NCBI GenBank assembly: GCA_965223265.1
Contig: OZ244999.1
Span: 7,776,001-7,840,000 of the forward strand
DNA length: 64,000 nucleotides
Reading direction: 5' to 3'
Source: Planctomycetota bacterium
GTDB taxonomy: Bacteria; Planctomycetota; UBA8108; SXIK01
Notes under the pieces: model-generated
Told to the model about the DNA's origin: nothing
The model's database searches: none
The model's input: the letters and a program-made list of their open reading frames with translations, nothing else
Shown here: positions 1 to 9,946 of the stretch, in pieces
Position numbering within the stretch: the stretch's first letter is position 1
How the letters are laid out: every line of letters starts with the position of its first letter
Program-made: the position numbers and the translations under genes

Positions 1-2
1 TC

Positions 3-308
3 GGCTACGACGATGGTTTCGCAGACGGAGCCGACGACGGTTTCGACGCGGGCTTGAGCGCCGGCTACGAAGCCGGCTTCAACGATGGGGAGATTCACTA
101 CGCATTCGATGTCGGGTACGACCCTATCTGCTGCGAGTTGCTGATCGATCTGGCCCACCTCATTGATCTGTCGTTCGACATCTTCGTCGACATCGACTAC
201 CGCGAGGGCTACGAAGATGGGTACGACGACGCCTACGAGCAGCACTACTCGGCGTCGTTCGAGGAAGGCTACTTGCACGGGTACGACGACGGATACCATC
301 ACGGCTGA
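3..308 (+). CDS. 3' part of an acidic G(Y/F)xxG-repeat protein, truncated at the window edge
   Basis: The frame is open from base 3 (GYDDGFADGADDGFDAG...) to TGA at 306-308, with repeated GYxxG motifs and very high D/E/G/Y content. Confidence 0.7.
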   Translation, partial: GYDDGFADGADDGFDAGLSAGYEAGFNDGEIHYAFDVGYDPICCELLIDLAHLIDLSFDIFVDIDYREGYEDGYDDAYEQHYSASFEEGYLHGYDDGYHHG

Positions 309-378
309 CAGCCCGTCAAAAAGTCATTGGGTGTGAAACCGGCCTCTTCACCGTCTCACGACGACGACGGTAGCGATC

Positions 379-1059
379 TCACGTGCGTTTTCGCGCCGCC
401 ACGCCGAAGTTGATCATGAGCGGATAGAGGCCAGCGCCGAGGCGGTCGATTGCAGGCAACACGAAACGAGCGCCCGGAACCTGCCACGGCACGAGGTGGC
501 AACCCCGCCGTGCAAGCACTTCCATTCGGCTTCGCTCCAGCTGCCGCTTGATCGCGCCAGGAAAGAGCCACACCTCGTTGCCAGCGAAGCGTCTCACGCC
601 GAGTCGTCTCGCCAGTACCAGCGACGGATACCATAGCTTGTTCGGCGTCGTGAGCATCAGAACGCCGCCTGGCCGTAGGACGCGCGCCATTTCGGCGATC
701 GCCACAAGCGGCTCTGGAGTATGCTCTATGCACTCTGAAGACACCACAGCGTCGAACGTGCCGTCGCCGAACGGAAGATCACACGCGTCGGCCTGGCGCC
801 ACTCACACTCGACGCCCTTTCCGACGCGCTCGCTCAGCTTTTCCGACAGGTCGCACACCGTGAGCGCTTCAACGCGGTCGATCAACCACCGACTGATCGC
901 GCCAGTACCACACCCGACCTCTAGGCAGGTTCCTAACTTGCCACACCGCCGCATCAGACATTCGATGAGGCGCTGGCGCTGCTTCACATCATACGGCGAC
1001 ATGAAGCATTCGAAGTCAGTACCGATTTCTTCGTAGTAGAGCTCGCTCACGCGGGTCAT
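379..1059 (-). CDS. Class I SAM-dependent methyltransferase (Methyltransf_11-like)
   Basis: Motif I LEVGCGTG, plus DACDLPFGDGTFDAV and EMARVLRPGG. ATGA overlap with the upstream GT2 gene. Confidence 0.9.
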   Translation of the reverse strand: MTRVSELYYEEIGTDFECFMSPYDVKQRQRLIECLMRRCGKLGTCLEVGCGTGAISRWLIDRVEALTVCDLSEKLSERVGKGVECEWRQADACDLPFGDGTFDAVVSSECIEHTPEPLVAIAEMARVLRPGGVLMLTTPNKLWYPSLVLARRLGVRRFAGNEVWLFPGAIKRQLERSRMEVLARRGCHLVPWQVPGARFVLPAIDRLGAGLYPLMINFGVAARKRT

Positions 1060-2066
1060 GCTTCGCGTCCCGCAACACTCGGTGCCGCAACATCACGACG
1101 CATTGACTCTTGGTGCCGAAGAGAATTAGGTCGCGCTTCGCTGGTCGCTTCGACGACGAACGCGGGTCGCCCACGGACGCTTTCGAACGTGCGACCGAGA
1201 TACTCACCGACGATGCCAAGATAGACGAAGAGAAAGCTGAACATGAGGCTGAGAACGACCAAGATCGACGCCCACCCAGGCACGGAAGTCTTGAGAACGC
1301 ACGCAACGTAGAGGACATAGCCGAGCTCGACAACTCCCAGCGCGGCAGCACAAAAGCCGCCCACGATGCCGACTCGGAGGGGACGGACTGACATCGCCGT
1401 GACGCCGAGAAATGCAAATTCTAGCATGCGTCGCAGATCATATTTGGTCTCACCGCTGCGACGGCGGTCAGCATCGTATTGGACCTTTGCGCGTGGGAAA
1501 CCGACCCAATGGATGAGGCCACGAAAAAAGATTTGAGTGCCGTTCATCTGCGTCAGTTCTTTGACGACAGCACGATCGATCAGCCAAAAGTCTGCCGTCC
1601 CCGCCTCGATCCGTTCGCCGCACAGGCCCGACAGCAGGCGATAGAAGAGGCGCGACGTCGCGCGCTTGAAGAGCGATGTCCCCTGCGGATCCCGCCGCTG
1701 TGTCGACACCACCTTGGCGCCCTGGCGCCAGCGATCGAGCAGCACCGGCACGACGGCCGGTGGGTGCTGAAGATCCGCGTCCATACACACAACAACTTCT
1801 CCACGCGCTGCGTGCAGCCCAGCCAGGATCGCCGCCTGATGGCCAAAGTTGCGGCTCAGCTTCACGCCGCGGATGCGTGCATCGCCGGCCGTCAGTCCGT
1901 CGATGCGTGCCCAAGTGCTGTCGGTGCTCCCATCGTCAACGACCACAGCCTCCCAGTCGACACCGCTTTCGGCGAGCACCGCGCTGAGTTCCCCGCAGAC
2001 AAGAGGCAGATTCTCGGCCTCGTTGTGCGCAGGAATCACGACGGAGAGCAGCGACGGCATCGGCAT
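1056..2066 (-). CDS. Family 2 glycosyltransferase, GtrB/ArnC (polyprenol-phosphate sugar synthase)-like
   Basis: SVVIPAHNE, VVDDGSTD, SRNFGHQAA and DADLQHPP motifs with two C-terminal TM helices. Start moved to the ATG at 2066 from the ORF-track 2240. Confidence 0.92.
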   Translation of the reverse strand: MPMPSLLSVVIPAHNEAENLPLVCGELSAVLAESGVDWEAVVVDDGSTDSTWARIDGLTAGDARIRGVKLSRNFGHQAAILAGLHAARGEVVVCMDADLQHPPAVVPVLLDRWRQGAKVVSTQRRDPQGTSLFKRATSRLFYRLLSGLCGERIEAGTADFWLIDRAVVKELTQMNGTQIFFRGLIHWVGFPRAKVQYDADRRRSGETKYDLRRMLEFAFLGVTAMSVRPLRVGIVGGFCAAALGVVELGYVLYVACVLKTSVPGWASILVVLSLMFSFLFVYLGIVGEYLGRTFESVRGRPAFVVEATSEARPNSLRHQESMRRDVAAPSVAGREA

Positions 2067-2179
2067 CACGGTCGACGTTCCGAAAAGGAATAAAGAAAGA
2101 GTTTTCTCCGCTCTCACTTCGGCTCTTCGTCCGGCCTGATTGAGTCGTCGCGACGGGAAAAGTCCGGTATCGCGCGCCG

Positions 2180-4018
2180 ATGGCCGATCACAGACGTATG
2201 GATGCACCGCACCCCAAAGCGCCGCCGCGCTCGAACGCATCGATCACCCTGATCATCCTTGCGGTAGCGGCTGTTCCGTTTCTCTCACTTCGACACGGCG
2301 TTCCAGACGCGCACGATCTCGGCGACCACCTGGCGATGGCGTCACAGTTTCGCGACGGGCTGGGCGAAGGCAACCTCTACCCGCGCTGGCTCGGCGAGCT
2401 TCACGGCGGCTGGGGCGAACCGACCATGCTCTTCTACCCGCCAGCTCTCTACTACGTCACAGCAATCATCAGCCTCGTCTTTCTCGGCGACATCGTGCAC
2501 GGGCTCTTCATGACGATGTTCCTCTTCACGTGCGCCGGCGCCCTCGGCCTCTATCTGCTGACGTCGCCGCTCTGGGGCCGCGGCGCAGGCCTCGTCGCCG
2601 GCGCCATCTTCGTGCTCGCCCCGTACCGCGCCTTCGAGCTTCACGCGGCCGGCCTCTTCTCCAGCTACGCAGCCGGGTGCATTCTGCCATGGTGCTTTCT
2701 CTTCCTGTGGCGCCTGAGCGCGACGGGGCAGAGCGAAGGACACGAGCGGCCGACACGACGTACGGCGGTACTCCTGTGGCCGCTCAGCTACGCGGCCGTC
2801 ATTCTTACGAACCTACCGGCGGCGGTACTCCTCACGTACCTCGTCGCTGCCTGGACGATCGTCGAGCTATGGATTTCGTGCGACTGGAAAAGCGCCGGAC
2901 GCATCGTCTTGGGAGGCGGTCTTGGCGCACTCCTGGCGGCAGCCTACCTGCTACCCGCGGTGACAGAGCTGCCCGAAATCGTGCGCCCCCACTCCGACGA
3001 TCAACCTGAGATGTTCGCGCAAAACTTCGTTTTGCAGTGGAGCGGCAGTTGGATGCCGTTTGGCCTGTGGAAACTCTTCGCGCGAATGGCGGCGTGGCCA
3101 GCGCTTGCTTTTCTCGTCGCACTTCTCGTCACTGCGGTAGCGGTGCGAGCACGGAATACGGCGATATATGGCATTCAGACATTTGCGGAGGTCGGAGCGC
3201 GCAGTCAATGGATCCGTCTTCTCGCCGTCGCCGGCGCGGTAGCTTTCTTCCTCGCGACCCCGCTCTCCGAGCCGGCGTGGCGGCACCTACCCTTTCTCAA
3301 TCGCGTCAACTTGCCTTGGCGCCTCTTGAGCCCCTTCGCGATCTCCGTGGCCGCGTTAGGTGGAGCCGCGGTGGCGTCAACGCTTTCGCTCTCCTCTCTC
3401 CCGAACCGGCGCACCCCGCGCGGCACCCTGATCCACCTCTCTGCGCTGGGTGTCCCGCTGCTGCTCAGCTTGCACACGAGCCTTAACGCTAGTCGCCTGA
3501 ACGGTCACCTAAGCAGCGACGAAGTGAGGGCGCGACTGCCCGAATACAGAACCCAAGTGGGATACTTTCTGCCCGCCGGGGCCACCAAGGTTCAGGACCT
3601 ACCCCGCGCGCCAAGAGCGCACGCAACGACAAACAGAGCCGCGGTCGATATCTTGGCTTGGCAGGGGGAACGACGTGTTCTGCGAGTAGACGCGCCGCAG
3701 CTCACACAAATCCATTTGCGCACCTATTTCTATCCCGGCTGGCGTGCGAAGAGTGGTGAAAGAGACTTGGAGCTGTCGCGCGCACCACATGGGGGCATCC
3801 TCATCTCGGTCCCGACCGGACGGCACGAAATCGAAGTCTCTTTCGCGGCCACACCGACCCGGCAAGGTGCCGTCGCAGCCTCCGCCGTGGCGCTGCTCAT
3901 TTGGTTAGCCCTCGCCGCGCCTTGGGTGCGGCGTCGGTCCGGCACACAGACGACGAGCTCACCGCGAACGAGCACGCGTTCAAGCAGAAGTGACGCCGTC
4001 GCAGCGTGCGAACGCTAA
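2180..4018 (+). CDS. Polytopic membrane protein, PTPS-related/YfhO-like (probable GT-C glycosyltransferase)
   Basis: HD...H motif, LYPRW...GGWGEPTMLFYPP, many TM segments and a C-terminal YFYPGW...VPTGRHEIEV YfhO-like tail. Confidence 0.8.
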   Translation: MADHRRMDAPHPKAPPRSNASITLIILAVAAVPFLSLRHGVPDAHDLGDHLAMASQFRDGLGEGNLYPRWLGELHGGWGEPTMLFYPPALYYVTAIISLVFLGDIVHGLFMTMFLFTCAGALGLYLLTSPLWGRGAGLVAGAIFVLAPYRAFELHAAGLFSSYAAGCILPWCFLFLWRLSATGQSEGHERPTRRTAVLLWPLSYAAVILTNLPAAVLLTYLVAAWTIVELWISCDWKSAGRIVLGGGLGALLAAAYLLPAVTELPEIVRPHSDDQPEMFAQNFVLQWSGSWMPFGLWKLFARMAAWPALAFLVALLVTAVAVRARNTAIYGIQTFAEVGARSQWIRLLAVAGAVAFFLATPLSEPAWRHLPFLNRVNLPWRLLSPFAISVAALGGAAVASTLSLSSLPNRRTPRGTLIHLSALGVPLLLSLHTSLNASRLNGHLSSDEVRARLPEYRTQVGYFLPAGATKVQDLPRAPRAHATTNRAAVDILAWQGERRVLRVDAPQLTQIHLRTYFYPGWRAKSGERDLELSRAPHGGILISVPTGRHEIEVSFAATPTRQGAVAASAVALLIWLALAAPWVRRRSGTQTTSSPRTSTRSSRSDAVAACER

Positions 4019-4032
4019 GGGTCAAAAGACTG

Positions 4033-5739
4033 ATGACGACACCGCCGACGCAACACGGAGACGCGACACGCACGGCCGGCCTACGGGCACTGGAATCATC
4101 TCTTCGTCCGCACCGAGACCGTCGCGTACTGGCGACGCTCATCTTCGTCGTCGCGGCGACGCTTTGGGTCACCCAGCCACGCCTGGTGTATCGAGGCGAT
4201 CCACTCGTTGTTCGTGTTGCGGCCGCGCACTGGCTCGAGACCGGGGAACTCGGGATTCCGTTCGCGCACCGCGCCGCACTCGGCGACCTGGTCACAGAGC
4301 GCGGTCAGTACTTCTACGAAAACGACACCGAGCAGCGCTTCTACTCTAAATTCGGCGTCGCGAATACCGTTCTCTTCATGCCACCACTCATAGCAGAGAT
4401 GCTCTGGTCTGGTGGTCTTGCGATTCTCGAACCGGACGCCGAGTGGCGTCACTGGCTCATAGACTACACTCCCTCGCTCAAGTTTTTCCTGAACGCATAC
4501 AACCTCCTCTGGGCTGTGGTGATCGCGCTCTACCTCTTTGGACTCGCCCGCTTCTTCGCCGGCGCCCCCGTCAGCGCAGCGTTCGTACTCTGTGTCGTGT
4601 TTACGACGTTTCTCTGGAACTACCTCAGAGCGCAGAGTTCCGAGATTCTGCAGGTGGCTCTGTTTGTCGGCTGCGTCTTCCACCTCTTCGCGTTTCGCCG
4701 GAGCCTACCGGCTGCCTCCCGTACACGGAACCGGAAGGTATGGTTGCACGTGGCCGCAGCGACCATCTGCGCCGGCACTCTCCTCCTGACCAAACTCTAC
4801 TACGTGATCCTGCTACCATGGGTGTGGATCTACGTCGCCGCTGCCACTGTTAGGGGCGATCGCAACGCTGGCGCCACCGGCGAGACGACTGACTGGGTCG
4901 AGCGACTCCGCGCTCATGTCAAACCGCTTGCGTTCGCTCTTGTTCTTCCGACCCTAGTGCTTGGCACCGCGGCGATACTCGCAGCGCGGCAAAAATTCGG
5001 TGCGCCGTGGATGACGGGATATGAGCAGTGGCGCGTCAACGGCGACGTCGTCGCTCGGCTCTCCCTTAGCGGTCTGCCGCGAGCTCTCTGCGGCTTTCTG
5101 TTTGATGGCGACCGCAGCGTCTTCACGCACTTCCCACCCCTTGCGGTCGCCGCCATTGGTTGGCGCCTGTTTTGGCAACAGGCACGCCCCGACGCACGCT
5201 TCATCGCCTCTACCTCGGTGCTCTTTCTCATCGCCATATCGGCGTTCGACAACTGGAAGGGCGAATGGTGCTACGGCCCTCGCTATCTCCTTTTCGCACT
5301 GCCGGCAGCGGCGATACCGTTCGTTTACGTGCTGTCGTGGCTGGCGGAGCACCGCCGCACCCTCGTCGGCGGAGCCCTTGGTTTCGGACTGCTCGCCGTG
5401 CTCTGTCTCTCTCTCAAGCTTCAACTCGCAGTCAACGGCCTCCCGTTCTTCGCCCGCGACGCGATTTATGCTTCAACGTTCAAGAAGATCGATTGTGAAC
5501 CAGCAACCGCCTACTTCGAGAAGCGCCACTTCGGACTTGTGCATGCCGACCTGATGGCGTTTCGCAGTGGCGAGCGACCGTTTCCGCCGATCACCGCGTA
5601 CGTGCGCACAAACACTCCGAGCAGCGACGAAATCCGCCGGCTCGAGGCCTTCATTCGGCGCCTTCTGGTGCGCAACTATCACTTTTCCACGGAGGCGCGT
5701 GCAGCTCGCGCTGCCGCCCGTGGTCCGACCAACCCCTGA
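4033..5739 (+). CDS. Polytopic membrane protein, probable GT-C glycosyltransferase
   Basis: Many TM helices with YSKFG, PWMTGY and WKGEWCYGPRYLL (WxGxxxxGPRY, typical of GT-C-like proteins). Confidence 0.7.
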   Translation: MTTPPTQHGDATRTAGLRALESSLRPHRDRRVLATLIFVVAATLWVTQPRLVYRGDPLVVRVAAAHWLETGELGIPFAHRAALGDLVTERGQYFYENDTEQRFYSKFGVANTVLFMPPLIAEMLWSGGLAILEPDAEWRHWLIDYTPSLKFFLNAYNLLWAVVIALYLFGLARFFAGAPVSAAFVLCVVFTTFLWNYLRAQSSEILQVALFVGCVFHLFAFRRSLPAASRTRNRKVWLHVAAATICAGTLLLTKLYYVILLPWVWIYVAAATVRGDRNAGATGETTDWVERLRAHVKPLAFALVLPTLVLGTAAILAARQKFGAPWMTGYEQWRVNGDVVARLSLSGLPRALCGFLFDGDRSVFTHFPPLAVAAIGWRLFWQQARPDARFIASTSVLFLIAISAFDNWKGEWCYGPRYLLFALPAAAIPFVYVLSWLAEHRRTLVGGALGFGLLAVLCLSLKLQLAVNGLPFFARDAIYASTFKKIDCEPATAYFEKRHFGLVHADLMAFRSGERPFPPITAYVRTNTPSSDEIRRLEAFIRRLLVRNYHFSTEARAARAAARGPTNP

Positions 5740-5760
5740 CGGCCATCACTACGCAAGTAC

Positions 5761-6996
5761 CTACTGAAAGACGTAGAGCCAGCCGTCGTCCCCGCTCAAA
5801 TAGAACCGACCGTCTTTCACGGTCACGACCGAACTGAGCTTCCCCTGCGTCTCGAACTTAAACAGCTCGGCACCGGACTCGTCGCTGAGACCGTAAAGGG
5901 TCCCGTCGGCGGAGCCGAAGATGACGACGTTGTCATTGCCGGCGCGGTTCCGCACGACAGTCGGCGAACTGATGATGCGCTTTCCCGTCTTGTACGACCA
6001 AATCTCTTCGCCGCTGTCAAAATCGACCGCATACATCTTGAAGTCGTGGCTGCCGAAGAAGACGCGGCGCTTGTGCGTGTCGATCGACGGGCTGCTCATG
6101 CTCTTGCCGCCTGTCTTGAACTTCCAGACGAGATCGCCCGAGTCTTGCTCAAAGTTGTAGAGATGTCCATCCCAGGACGTAATGAGCACCTTATCTTCGA
6201 AGAGCGCCGCCGTGGACTTGATGTCACCTTTGGTTTCATAACGCCACAGCGTCTTACCGCTATCGGCATTGATGGCATAGAAGCGATGGCTGTTCGCTCC
6301 GATGAATGCGACGCGCGTCTTCGTGTTGAGCGTCGGCGTGGCGTGTGTGTGGTCGCCAAAGGTTTCGGAGCGAAAGCACTCCTTGCCATCCTTCTTCCAG
6401 ACGCAGGTGAGATAACCATCCGGGCGCCGCGTCTCGACACCGACGTAGATCTTCTCGCCCCAAATCACCGGCGAGCTACCGATCGACCCCCCAAGCTTTG
6501 ACTGCCACTTCAGACGTCCATCCGCCCGATCGAGCGCGTAGAGCCAGCCGTCGTAGCCACCAATGTAGACGCAGTCGCGATCGACGGCTGGCGTGCCATG
6601 GATTCCGTTCTTCGCTTGCGGTCGGATGCGAAAGCGCCATTTCAGGCTTAGGTCCTCCGCATTCAACGCGTAGAGAAACCCAGAATCTGCGCCGACGAAC
6701 ACCTGACCTGCGTCGACGATCGGCGAAGACTTGGACGCCGAGTGGATGCCCACATTGATGAGGCCGTACTTCTGAATCACCCGAGGCGTGGGTGAGACAC
6801 TCTCCTCGGGGAAGTAACCGAGGTGATCGAGCCCTGGACGATAAAAATCGACGGCATCGGCGTAGGCGGCAGCGCCAGAGGTCAGCGTGACCGCGACAAT
6901 GGCGAGGATGCCTCGCGTGACCAAGAAGCGGCGCGCGGCGGGTACGTGCCACATCGATGCGACGTCCTCGGAGCTACGGCCGATATGCGACCTCAT
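5761..6996 (-). CDS. PQQ-like beta-propeller repeat protein (BamB-like), probably exported
   Basis: About 8 repeats of SSP...G.DG.LYAL...G...W.F and an N-terminal hydrophobic segment. The ATG at 6996 overlaps the upstream stop (ATGA). Confidence 0.88.
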   Translation of the reverse strand: MRSHIGRSSEDVASMWHVPAARRFLVTRGILAIVAVTLTSGAAAYADAVDFYRPGLDHLGYFPEESVSPTPRVIQKYGLINVGIHSASKSSPIVDAGQVFVGADSGFLYALNAEDLSLKWRFRIRPQAKNGIHGTPAVDRDCVYIGGYDGWLYALDRADGRLKWQSKLGGSIGSSPVIWGEKIYVGVETRRPDGYLTCVWKKDGKECFRSETFGDHTHATPTLNTKTRVAFIGANSHRFYAINADSGKTLWRYETKGDIKSTAALFEDKVLITSWDGHLYNFEQDSGDLVWKFKTGGKSMSSPSIDTHKRRVFFGSHDFKMYAVDFDSGEEIWSYKTGKRIISSPTVVRNRAGNDNVVIFGSADGTLYGLSDESGAELFKFETQGKLSSVVTVKDGRFYLSGDDGWLYVFQ

Positions 6997-8165
6997 CGCT
7001 CGCCCACGAGCCGTGAACGCGTCGCCTCGGGTGGTTTCAGGTGGGTGTCGAGCCAAGCGTAGATCAGCTGACGCGACTCATGGCGCACCGAATGTCCACT
7101 GCCATGGACAAAGAACGCAAAGTTCTGTGGCGCCTCCTCGAGCTCGTAGACATCCATGATTCTCATGTTCATTAGGATACGCTGCCGCTGAGTCGTCGGA
7201 ATGCCATCGTTCAGACCGGAGAGGTCGAGGAACGGTCTTGGTGCGATCAAAGCAATGATTTCGTGAAAATCGATATCAGGCAGGCGACCGTCGAGCAGCC
7301 CCTCGCGCATGGGTCGAAAGTAAACGTACCAGTGATCGCGCGCCCAGGCTTCCACCCTCGGATTGTGGCGAAAGAAAGATCCACCACAATTGCACGCGGC
7401 CGCCTTGACCCGTTCGTCGTAGGCAGCAAGGAAGATCGTACCATGCCCACCGAGCGAATGCCCGATCGCGCCGATGCGATCGGGGTCGACGCGTCCGAGC
7501 GACTGTAGCACATCGATGGCAATGGAATGTTCGTAAGTGAATTTTCCCACCGCTGTCCACTCTGGGTGGCGCTTATAGAATTCCCCGGTCTCGTAGGCAC
7601 CTGCGGCGGGCACGCGATGACCCGCGACAAAGTGGTCCGGCGCTATGACGACGTATCCGCGGCGTGCCAAGTGGTCCAAATAGGCCTTGTCGGGATTGTC
7701 GACGAGACCCGCCGCACGCTCCTTACCTTTGGCGAACGTCCCATGTAGCGCGACCACCGCTGGCAGTCGGCCGGTCTTCTTCGGAATGCCCAAATACGCA
7801 TGCGCACGCTCGTCTGCTTCGACGGCGTAGCTCACGAGCTGCCGAACGTAGATGCCATCTACCGACACGCTTTCGTGCACGCGGAGAGCGAGCGGGGGCT
7901 TTTGCGGCTTCTTGTCGTCACGGATCAGCCGCAAAAAACGTTGGCGCAGAATCTCCTTGCGACGAAGCCACGACGCCGTACCGTCGACGCCTTCAAGTAA
8001 GTCGTCCCATGACGACTTGACCGTGGGCGCGACAGACGGGCGGCGAGGCGCCGACTGCGACGGAGGCACCGGTGGCGACTGTGAAGAATCCTCTGCGTAC
8101 ACCTGAAGACACACGGCGAAGGCGAAAACTTTGGCTACTTGTCGCAGCCGGTCGTGTCGTTTCAT
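6993..8165 (-). CDS. Alpha/beta hydrolase (dienelactone hydrolase/abhydrolase-7-like) with signal peptide
   Basis: PAVVALHG, nucleophile elbow GHSLGG, and a C-terminal His (GSGHS). Confidence 0.85.
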   Translation of the reverse strand: MKRHDRLRQVAKVFAFAVCLQVYAEDSSQSPPVPPSQSAPRRPSVAPTVKSSWDDLLEGVDGTASWLRRKEILRQRFLRLIRDDKKPQKPPLALRVHESVSVDGIYVRQLVSYAVEADERAHAYLGIPKKTGRLPAVVALHGTFAKGKERAAGLVDNPDKAYLDHLARRGYVVIAPDHFVAGHRVPAAGAYETGEFYKRHPEWTAVGKFTYEHSIAIDVLQSLGRVDPDRIGAIGHSLGGHGTIFLAAYDERVKAAACNCGGSFFRHNPRVEAWARDHWYVYFRPMREGLLDGRLPDIDFHEIIALIAPRPFLDLSGLNDGIPTTQRQRILMNMRIMDVYELEEAPQNFAFFVHGSGHSVRHESRQLIYAWLDTHLKPPEATRSRLVGER

Positions 8166-8315
8166 GTCGAAGCTCCGAAGTTCCTCGTCGAGCTCATCAG
8201 CGCTATCCGTAGACTGAATCCCCAACGCCTGCAAAAAATGACGGCAAGAAACGCCTTCGGCTCGGTGAATAGCACGCCATTAGCGACGTTCGAACGAAGT
8301 CGCGGCAATGCTTTT

Positions 8316-8341
8316 CTTTGTTGCCTTCGTTTCCTTCTATT
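8316..8341. repeat. Single arm of a dispersed CTTCGTTNCCTTCTGTTC-type repeat
   Basis: ctttgttgccttcgtttccttctatt resembles the arms at 57906-57925 and 59739-59758. Confidence 0.45.
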
Positions 8342-8428
8342 GGAGTGAGACTTCTTGCTCGAACTATCGACTCACCACACTAGCGCCAACCAGTGGGTAG
8401 ACGCGCTGACAGGTGCGGACACTCGCTG

Positions 8429-9913
8429 TCACACCAGCAGTTCGTGCAGCACACGACCACCGATGTCAGTGAGGCGGAAGTCACGCCCCTTGTAGCGGTA
8501 GACGAGTCGCTCGTGATCGATCCCCATGATGTGAAGAATCGTGGCTTGAAGATCGTGCGTGTGCACGGGTCGCTCCGCCACGTTGTAGCCGAAATCGTCC
8601 GTAGCTCCATAGCTCGTGCCGCCGCGGATCCCGCCGCCCGCGAGCCAGACGCTGAAGCACCCAGCGTGATGATCGCGACCGGACGAATCGCCGAGCGCGC
8701 CCTGCGAGTAGCTCGTGCGGCCGAACTCACCGCCCCAAACGACGAGCGTATCGTCGAGCATGCCGCGGTTTTTCAGATCGCGGAGCAGGGCGGCGCATGC
8801 CTGGTCGGTCTGCCGGCACTGGCGCTCGAGATCGCGTTTCAAGTTCTGATGTTGATCCCAGCCGGCATGATAAAGCTGGATAAACCTGACGCCACGCTCC
8901 GCCAGTCGGCGTGCCAGCAAACAGTTCCTTGCGAACGAGCCTGGATTGTCATCGACGCCATAAAGTTCGTGCATCGATCGCGGTTCCGTCGTGATATCCA
9001 TCAGCTCCGGCACGGAACTCTGCATGCGGTACGCAAGCTCGAACGAATCGATGCGCGCCTGAATCTCCGGATCGGGAACGCGTTCGAGCTTGGCGCGATT
9101 GAGATCACCGATCGCCTCGACGATGTCGCGCCGAACTTGCGGACCGACGCCTGCCGGGTTCGACAGGAACAGCACTGGATCTCCTTGCGAACGGAACTGC
9201 ACGCCCTGGTGGCGAGCCGGAAGGAAACCGCTGTGCCAGTAGCGCGATAGGAGCGGCTGGATCGTGCGACCGGAGAGCAAAACGATAAACTCAGGCAGAT
9301 CCTTCGCGGCGCTGCCTAGCCCGTACGTCAACCAAGAGCCCATCGACGGGCGTCCCGCCTCCTGACCTCCGGTCTGCATAAACGTGACGGCTGGATCATG
9401 GTTGATCGGCTCGGTGAACATCGATCGAACGAGGCACAGCTCGTCGGCAAGTGCAGCCGTATGGGGAAGGAGCTCCGAGATCTCCATGCCGCACGCACCA
9501 TGCTTCGCAAACGGACGCGGTGATCGCAGGCAGAGGTGGGACTCCTGGTTGCGAGTCATCAGCGTCAAGCGCTGCTGGTTGCGCACAGAAGGCGGAAGCG
9601 GTTGACCGTGCATCGCCGTGAGATGCGGCTTCGGATCGAAAAGGTCCACATGAGATGGACCGCCGGCCATGAACAAGTAAATGACGCGCTGCGCGCGCGG
9701 CGAGAAGTGACTGCGCTGCAGGACCGGCGACGTGGACGACGATGCGAAGAGCTCGGGGTTGAGCAGCGACGCGGCGGCGACGCTCCCCAATCCACGCGAA
9801 GTTCGGTGCAAGAAGCCGCGACGCGTTTCATAGTACGACGGATCGCCCGGGGGCGTGCGTATGTGCGACGTCGAAAAGAGTCGATCTCGTGGCGATGCTT
9901 CGGATCGAGTCAT
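8429..9913 (-). CDS. DUF1501 domain protein with Tat-like signal
   Basis: TRRGFL, VIYLFMAGGPSHVDLFDPKP, GWDQH, VVWGGEFGRT and GRDH motifs. Confidence 0.93.
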   Translation of the reverse strand: MTRSEASPRDRLFSTSHIRTPPGDPSYYETRRGFLHRTSRGLGSVAAASLLNPELFASSSTSPVLQRSHFSPRAQRVIYLFMAGGPSHVDLFDPKPHLTAMHGQPLPPSVRNQQRLTLMTRNQESHLCLRSPRPFAKHGACGMEISELLPHTAALADELCLVRSMFTEPINHDPAVTFMQTGGQEAGRPSMGSWLTYGLGSAAKDLPEFIVLLSGRTIQPLLSRYWHSGFLPARHQGVQFRSQGDPVLFLSNPAGVGPQVRRDIVEAIGDLNRAKLERVPDPEIQARIDSFELAYRMQSSVPELMDITTEPRSMHELYGVDDNPGSFARNCLLARRLAERGVRFIQLYHAGWDQHQNLKRDLERQCRQTDQACAALLRDLKNRGMLDDTLVVWGGEFGRTSYSQGALGDSSGRDHHAGCFSVWLAGGGIRGGTSYGATDDFGYNVAERPVHTHDLQATILHIMGIDHERLVYRYKGRDFRLTDIGGRVLHELLV

Positions 9914-9946
9914 CGTCTCGTTCCCCTCGCTGCGATCGTCATGAGT

